The position numbers and the translations under genes were made by a program. Of a stretch of DNA of 64,000 nt, positions 57,967 to 64,000 are shown piece after piece. This stretch comes from an uncultured Pseudomonadota bacterium (GTDB lineage Bacteria > Myxococcota_A > Polyangia > Fen-1088), in contig CAWKBC010000027.1 of NCBI GenBank assembly GCA_963847705.1, positions 800,001-864,000 on the forward strand. The letters run 5' to 3'. The notes under the pieces are model-generated. The model did no database searches, had not been told where the DNA came from, and saw only the letters and a list, made by a program, of their open reading frames with translations. Positions within the stretch are counted from its first letter, which is position 1, and every line of letters starts with the position of its first letter.

Positions 57967-58787
57967 GCTCGGCGCCCCGCCTGGCGGCCCGGTTCGCGCG
58001 GGCCCGCGTCGAGAAGCGCGCCGCCCTGATCGTCTATCTCACCGCCGACGATCCCGACGGCGCGACCAGCCTGCGGCTCATGCGCGCCGCCGCCGAGGCG
58101 GGGGCCGACGTCATCGAGATCGGCATTCCCTGGAGCGATCCTTCGGCCGACGGCAAGGCCATCCAGGCGGCCATGCACCGCGCGCTCGGGCGGGGAGGGG
58201 GGTTGCGGCGGGCGCTGGGGCTCTGCAGCGAGCTGCGCGCCGCCTGTCCCGACGTGGGGCTGGTGCTGTTCGGCTACGCCAACCCGATCCTGGTGATGGG
58301 GGTCGATGTCTTCGCGCTCAAGGCGCGCGACGCCGGCGCCGACGGTCTCCTCTGCGTCGACTATCCGCCCGACGAGGATCGCGCGCTGCCCACCGCGCTG
58401 GCCCGTGAGGGGCTGGACTTCGTGCCGCTGCTGGCGCCCACCTCGACCGACGCGCGCATCGATCTGGCGCTCGCCGCCGCCGGCAGCTTCGTCTACTACG
58501 TCTCGATGACCGGAACGACCGGCACCGCGCTGGCCGATCTCGACGGGCCGCGCGCCAAGGTGGCCGCCATCCGCGAGCGCGGCGGCGGCAAGGTCCCTGT
58601 CGCCGTCGGCTTCGGCATCCGCACGCCGGAGGCCGCGCGCGCCGTCGCCAGCTTCGCCGACGCGGTGGTGGTCGGCAGCGCCGCCGTGGAGATCATCAAT
58701 CGGGCCACCGCCGCGAAGCGCGATCCGGTCCCCGAGATGAGCGCCTTCGTCCGCTCGCTGCGCCAGGCGGTCGGCGGCAGCGGGTAA
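57963..58787 (+). CDS. trpA: Tryptophan synthase alpha chain
   Basis: [37 protein letters not shown]. Confidence 0.96.
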
Positions 58788-58864
58788 TTCCGCCAAAAAG
58801 CGGGGGAGTTTCTGCTTGGGGTGATTTTTCCCTTCGGCTATCGTCGCGCCCAGGAGGGGTCCCC

Positions 58865-59615
58865 ATGAAACACCTGCGAACCATCGGAACCGCCGTATTT
58901 GCAGCGCTGGCCGGCGTCGTCGGCCTGACCGGCGGCGCCGCCGCCCAGACACCGACCGCTGGACCGCCGCCGCCGCCGGCCGCGGCGATGCCGGCCAAGC
59001 CCGCCCCCGCGCCGGCCCCCGCGCCGGCCGTTGCGAGGCCGGTCGCCGCCCCGACCCCTGCGCCCGCTGCCGCCAAGCCGGCCCCTGCCGCCGCCCCGGC
59101 CGCCGCCAAGCCCGCTGTCGCGGCTGCGCCGGCCACGGCGTCGCAGAATCGCGCCGAAGCCGGCCGCCGAGCTCGAGCAACTGAAGATGTTCGAGGCGAC
59201 CTGGCGATGCGCAGGGAAGCAGCCGGCCGGCCCGCTGGGCCCGGAGCAGGACTACAAGTCCACCTTCAAGGGCAAGAAGGACGTCGAGAGCTTCTGGATC
59301 TCCTTCCAGTACAGCCAGAAGAAGTCGAAGGCCCACGCCCTGCCGATCATCGCCAAGGGCTATCTCGGGTACGATCCGGCGGCCAAGAAGTACGTCTCGC
59401 TCGGCGTCGACAACATGGGGGGCTCGGTGACCGAGTCGTCTCCCGGGTGGGAGGCCGACAAGCTGACCTTCACCGGCGACGGCCAGATGAGCGGCCAGAA
59501 GATCAGCTTCCGCGAGACCTACACCAAGAAGAGCGACAAGGAGATGGTCTGGTCCGGCGAGCTGAAGATGGGGAAGGACTGGATCCCGGTCGGCACCGAC
59601 ACCTGCAAGAGGTAG
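58865..59615 (+). CDS. Secreted protein with Pro/Ala linker and DUF1579-like beta domain, ~249 aa after correcting a +1 indel at 59146-59150
   Basis: AGGAGG Shine-Dalgarno and signal peptide; GYLGYDPAAKKYVSLGVDNMGG in the adjacent frame; join reads ASQIAPKPAAEL. Confidence 0.8.
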
Positions 59616-59698
59616 CCAGGACGCCTTCAGGACGCCTTCGGCGCCACGTCGTCGGTCATGCTTCGCGGCGCTCACCGGCGCCTGGCGGCGAGGCCCTC

Positions 59699-60445
59699 CT
59701 AGAGAGGGAAGACGGCGTCCGCCTGGGTGGGGGCGCCGTCCTTGACGTCCACCTCGACGGTCGACGTCACGCCTGCGCCCTTGCCGTCGGCGGGCTCGTG
59801 CCACAGCTCGACGGTGTAGTGCCCGGCGGGGACGTTCTTGATCTCGTACTTTCCGTCGGCGCCGGTGACGGCGAAGTAGGGGTGCTCGAAGACGTAGAGC
59901 CAGGCGTTCATCCAGGAGTGGCCTGCGTCGCATTGCAGCCGCACCAGGCCGGGCTGGGTCAGCTTGGTCGGCAGCCGCTGGTCCTTGATCGGCATCGCCA
60001 CGTTGAAGGTCTGAACCGGGCCGATGCTGCCGTGAATGTTGTGCAGCACGCGATCGCTGTTGACCAGCGTCAGCGAGGTTCCGACGGTGACGGCCTGGAC
60101 GTGCGGTTTGTAGGTGCACCCCACCTGATCGACGGCGGCCCCGGCGGTTGGCGGCGGCGGGGACGTCGGCCTGGGCAGGCGCAGCGACACCACGACGTTG
60201 GCGAGCGCGCCGTCCGGCCCCACGAGCACCGCCTCGTTCGGCTTGCTCGCGCCGCACACGGCGCTGTCCTTCACCACGGCGTGCGTGGGCAGCGCCGGCG
60301 GTTTGCCGGCCAGCTTCACCGTTCCCGCGACGACACCACTGGCCGAGGCGGCAGCTGGAAAGAGGCAGAACGCCAGCCCGAGCGCCGGCCACAGCATCCG
60401 CCGTCCCCCGCGCTTCGCGCGTCCCTCGTTGCCTGCCGCGTTCAC
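59699..60445 (-). CDS. Secreted cupredoxin-like protein with a carboxypeptidase-regulatory-like domain
   Basis: DQVGCTYKPHV, NSDRVLHNIH, CDAGHSWM (His/Cys/His/Met), HPYFAVT, VPAGHYTVELWHE. Confidence 0.8.
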   Translation of the reverse strand: MNAAGNEGRAKRGGRRMLWPALGLAFCLFPAAASASGVVAGTVKLAGKPPALPTHAVVKDSAVCGASKPNEAVLVGPDGALANVVVSLRLPRPTSPPPPTAGAAVDQVGCTYKPHVQAVTVGTSLTLVNSDRVLHNIHGSIGPVQTFNVAMPIKDQRLPTKLTQPGLVRLQCDAGHSWMNAWLYVFEHPYFAVTGADGKYEIKNVPAGHYTVELWHEPADGKGAGVTSTVEVDVKDGAPTQADAVFPL

Positions 60446-60825
60446 TTGCTCGGACCGATGGCGCCGACGCGGGTTCGCAGCTCGGTCACCACGTCTGGTC
60501 CGAGCTCAGCCGTCATCCGGGTGATGATCTCCGCGCGCATCAGCACCACCTCGTGCGCCAGCGCCGCCGAGGCGACCCGCACCAGCAGCGTCGTCCCCGC
60601 CAGCCGCTCCGGTTGCGTGCGCGCGCGAAGCATCTCGCCGACGGCGCGCGCGTAGCAGTCGAACACCCGGAACTCGCGCGCCCGCCCGCTGCCGCCGAGG
60701 CGGGCCAGCACCTCGCCCATGAGCGCGTCGCTGGTGACGGGCGCCGGTGCCTGGGGCCGCACGGGTCCGCGGGCGCGCGGTCGTCGGTAGGGGCGCGAAC
60801 CAAAGCGAGGAGCGTCCGCGGGCAT
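60442..60825 (-). CDS. dciA: DUF721/DciA-family protein
   Basis: TLLVRVASAALAHEV...II..M...LG...V.ELRTRVG pattern; TATCCT 6 nt before ATG 60825. Confidence 0.75.
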   Translation of the reverse strand: MPADAPRFGSRPYRRPRARGPVRPQAPAPVTSDALMGEVLARLGGSGRAREFRVFDCYARAVGEMLRARTQPERLAGTTLLVRVASAALAHEVVLMRAEIITRMTAELGPDVVTELRTRVGAIGPSK

Positions 60826-60952
60826 CCGGGCAGGATACGGGCGCCGTCCGCGCGATGGCAACGGCAAAGGCGGCAAAGGCGGCCCAGGCGGCGCAAGGGG
60901 CGCCAGCCGGCCAGGGACGACAAAGAGCGCTGGCCGGCGCTATCATCCCGGG

Positions 60953-61349
60953 ATGTCACGAGAGATCATCTCGACCGCCGGCGCCCCCAGGGCGATCGGC
61001 CCGTATTCCCAGGCGGTGGTGGCGCCCGCCGGACGGCTGCTGTTCTGCTCGGGGCAGATCCCGCTCGACCCGCACACGGGCGAGATGGTCGGCGCCGGCG
61101 ACGTCCGCGCGCAGGCCGAGCGCGTGCTCGAGAACCTCGGCGCCGTGCTGGTCGCCGGAGGCGCCTCGTTCGGCGCGGTGGTCAAGACGACGATCTTCCT
61201 CGCCGACCTGCAGGACTTCGGCGCGGTGAACGAGATCTACGCCCGCTACTTCCCGGACAAGCCGCCGGCGCGGGCCACGGTTCAGGCCGCCGGTCTGCCC
61301 AAGGGCGCCCTGATCGAGAATCGACGCGATCGCCGCGCTGGGCGCCTGA
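60953..61349 (+). CDS. ridA: RidA (YjgF/YER057c/UK114) enamine deaminase, 131 aa after correcting a +1 indel at 61318-61322
   Basis: APRAIGPYSQA, SGQIP, VKTTIFL, PARATV, LPKG; removing one A restores LIEIDAIA and TGA 61347-61349. Confidence 0.92.
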
Positions 61350-62845
61350 ACACCGGCGCTGGCATTGTCGACGATCTGGACGGGCGGGGCCGGGACCTCG
61401 GCCAGCGCCGCCTTCCAGTCGGCGAAGCGGCCGCCGGCCCGCGCGGCCTGGGCGGCGGCCCTCCCGGCGGCGAACCCGCCTTGCGCCAGCCGGTACTCCA
61501 CCCAGGCCCACTTCGGAGAGGTCGGCCGCAGGGTCACGCGCCCTTGCACCGCCCGGCGCAGACGGGCCAGGCGATCGTCGAGCACGTCGATCGCCTCGAA
61601 CGCCGAGCCGTCGAGCGGGGTCTTGCGCTTGGCGACGAAGGGGGCGATCCCGAGGACGACCTTGCGGGCGACCTTGGCCAGCTCTTGCGAGAAGCGCCCC
61701 AGCTCGTCGATGTCGGCGTCGGTCTCGCCGGGGACGCCGATCATCATGTAAAGCTTGAACTGTGACATCCCATGTTCGCGCGACAGCTGGGCGGCGCGCA
61801 GCAGGTGCCGCTCCTTGGTCTTGCGCTGGATGATGTCGCGCATCCGCTCCGAGGCGCCGTCGGCGGCGGTGGTGAGCGTCCGATAGCCGCCCCGTTTCAG
61901 CAGGCCCACGATCTCGTCGTTCAGACGATCGGCGCGCAGGCTGGAGATGCCGACCTCGCGGCCGCCGTCGACGATGTGGCGCAGGATCTCCGGCAGCCCG
62001 GGGTGGTCGGTCACCGCGGCGCCCACCAGACCCACCCGCCGCACGTCGGACGGGATCAGTGAGGCCACCTTGGCCGGCGCGACCAGGCGCATGCCGCCGT
62101 TGGTCGACCGGCGCATCACGCAGTAGGTGCAGCCGCGGTGGCAGCCGCGCTCGGGCTCGATGAGGAACATGTCCGACAGCTCGGTGTGCGGCGTCCGGAT
62201 CTGCGAGTGGGCGGGCAGCAGCGTGTCGTCGGCCGCGGCCACCGCCGGCGGTCGCTCGCCGTGCACGGGCGGCACGTAGAAGCCGGGACGCGAGGCCAGG
62301 GTCTCGAGCAGCGCCGCGCGCGACGACGTCGAGCGCATCGTCTCGACCAGCTCGACGATGGTCTCCTCCGCCTCGCCGAGCAGCAGGACGTCGGCGTAGG
62401 GGGCGGCGGGGACGGGGTTGGAAAACGTGAGCGGCCCGCCGATGACCACCAGGGGATGACGGTCCGGGCGGGCGGCGCGCTCCTCGGCGAAGAGCGGGAT
62501 GCCGGCCATGTCGAGGCAGTCGGCCAGGCCGGCCAGCTCCAGCTCATAGGCGAGCGAGAACGCCACGACCGGGAAGTCGCCCACCGGCCGCATCGATTCG
62601 TAGGTCCGCAGCGGCTCGCCGGAGGCGCGGGCGGCCCGGGCGTCGTCGGGCAGGAAGGCCCGCTCGGCCGCCACGCCGGGCAGCGCGTTCAGCCCCCGGT
62701 AGATGGTCTGAAAGCCCAGCGACGACATCCCGATCGCGTACGGGCTGGGGTAGCAGAGCGCGAAGGGGAGCTCCGCCTGCTTGTCGATCGTGCCCACCTC
62801 GTCGGCGAGGCGGGAAGCGCGGAGATCTCGAAACGGGACTGTCAT
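61282..62845 (-). CDS. Radical SAM protein (COG1032/TIGR03960-like), ~520 aa after the same indel correction
   Basis: YPSPYAIGMSSLG, RGCHRGCTYC, SSLRAD, KLYMMIGVPGET; corrected stop at 61284-61282. Confidence 0.88.
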
Positions 62846-62902
62846 GCTGCGGGACCGCGAATGATACGGGGAAAACGCCGCTTTTGCTCGCTCGGTCGCC
62901 GG

Positions 62903-64000
62903 CTATTCGGCCGCCTCGGGCACCGCCGCGGTGGGCCCGACCATCTGCAGGCGGTAGAGGCGGGCGTAGAGGCCGGAGTCTCCCCTGGCGAGCAGCGCCT
63001 CGTGCGTCCCCTCCTCCGCGACGTGGCCGCGGTTGATGACCACGATGCGGGAGGCCCGCTGCACCGTCGACAATCGATGCGCGATGACGATCGACGTTCT
63101 CCCCAGCATCAGCTCACCGATGCCACGCTCGATGGCCCGTTCGGTCTCGGGATCGACGCTGGCGGTCGCCTCGTCGAGGATCAGGATCTCGGGATCGCGC
63201 GCCAGCGCCCGGGCGAAGGCGATCAGCTGGCGCTCGCCGCTGGAGAAGTTCACGCCCCGCTCGAGCACCCTGGCGTCGAGCCCGTCCGGGCGGTTGGCGA
63301 CCACCCGATCGGCGCCCACCCGCCGGGCCGCCGTCAGGAGCTGCTCATCCGTGAGCGCGTCGTCGCCGAGCGCGATGTTCGCCCGCAGGGTTCCGGAGAA
63401 CATGAAGACGTCCTGGCTGACCACCACGATTCTCCGCCGCAGCGCCCGGGGAGCGAGCGTCCGGACGTCGACGCCCCCGACGCGGATCGTCCCCCCCTGC
63501 AGGTCATAGAGCCGCGGCAGCAGCTTGATGATGGTCGACTTGCCGGCGCCGGTGGCCCCGACGATGGCCAGCGTCTCGCCGGCGGCGATCGAGAGCGAGA
63601 CGTCGTCGAGCACCGGCCGATCGGCGCGGTAGCCGAAGCTGACGTGGTCCAGCTCGATGAGCGGGCCCGCGGAGGGCGCCGCCGCCGACGCTGGGACCGA
63701 GGGCGCGTCGGGCTCGTTGGTGTCGAGCAGGGTGAACACGCGCTCCGCCGCCGCCATCGCCTGCTGCATGACGGTGTACTTGGTCGAGAGATCCCGGATC
63801 GGCGCGAAGAACTTGCCCAGGTACTCGACGAAGGCGACCAGGACGCCGAAGGTCAGCGTCCCGCCGGCGATCCGGTTGCCGCCGTGCCACAGCAGCCCGG
63901 CGACGGCGATGGCGCCGACCGCCTCGACGATCGAATAGAGCGCTGCGTCGGCGGTGATGGCGCGGGCGTTGGCGCGCCGGTAGTCGAGGTTGATGGCGTC
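62903..64000 (-). CDS. ABC exporter, fused permease/ATP-binding subunit (MdlB/MsbA-like), 5'-truncated by the window
   Basis: GATGAGKST, FSSGERQ, ILDEAT, IAHRLST; frame open to the window end. Confidence 0.93.
   Translation of the reverse strand, partial: DAINLDYRRANARAITADAALYSIVEAVGAIAVAGLLWHGGNRIAGGTLTFGVLVAFVEYLGKFFAPIRDLSTKYTVMQQAMAAAERVFTLLDTNEPDAPSVPASAAAPSAGPLIELDHVSFGYRADRPVLDDVSLSIAAGETLAIVGATGAGKSTIIKLLPRLYDLQGGTIRVGGVDVRTLAPRALRRRIVVVSQDVFMFSGTLRANIALGDDALTDEQLLTAARRVGADRVVANRPDGLDARVLERGVNFSSGERQLIAFARALARDPEILILDEATASVDPETERAIERGIGELMLGRTSIVIAHRLSTVQRASRIVVINRGHVAEEGTHEALLARGDSGLYARLYRLQMVGPTAAVPEAAE

Noticed and set aside
58788-58832. Rho-independent terminator after trpA
   Set aside because: Only a 4-bp stem with no adjacent U-run; more likely part of the next promoter.
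60857-60900. GGC(AAA)GGC 9-bp repeats as a functional element
   Set aside because: Short, degenerate and low-complexity; no supporting context.
60956-61765. Fully overlapping antisense genes (270-aa RidA and 629-aa radical SAM)
   Set aside because: One extra A at 61318-61322 causes read-through of both; correction gives normal lengths.

Overview
High-GC (roughly 70%) bacterial chromosomal DNA. The gene repertoire points to Myxococcota (inference): a Hanks-type kinase, an FHA-GAF-sigma54 activator, MMPL, PilZ and many lipoproteins. The core genes are rlmN-like, deaD-like, fadD, hutG, acyP-acs, a FadF-like Fe-S protein, purMN, accD-folC, glyA, trpEGDCFBA, dciA, ridA, a radical SAM protein and a partial ABC exporter. 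I found no rRNA, tRNA, CRISPR array, transposase or phage gene. Notable observations: (1) A five-gene operon (Gfo/Idh/MocA dehydrogenase, PIP-synthase-like CDP-alcohol phosphatidyltransferase, GtrA, class-III aminotransferase, PgpA) next to an MMPL transporter looks like a pathway to an amino-cyclitol or amino-sugar phospholipid. (2) Nine 1-nt indels break otherwise intact genes. Six are GATC->GAATC on the + strand and two more lie within about 4 nt of a GATC, suggesting a base-calling footprint of GATC modification rather than pseudogenes. (3) A ~1280-aa secreted aromatic-repeat protein. (4) A 79-aa LSm-like protein. (5) A kinase/TPR/sigma54-activator module with a visible sigma54 promoter and candidate operators. 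(6) A module with two histidine kinases, a FecR protein and a barrel protein but no response regulator. (7) Pervasive leaderless-type TANNNT promoters. All family assignments come from reading motifs by eye; no searches were run.
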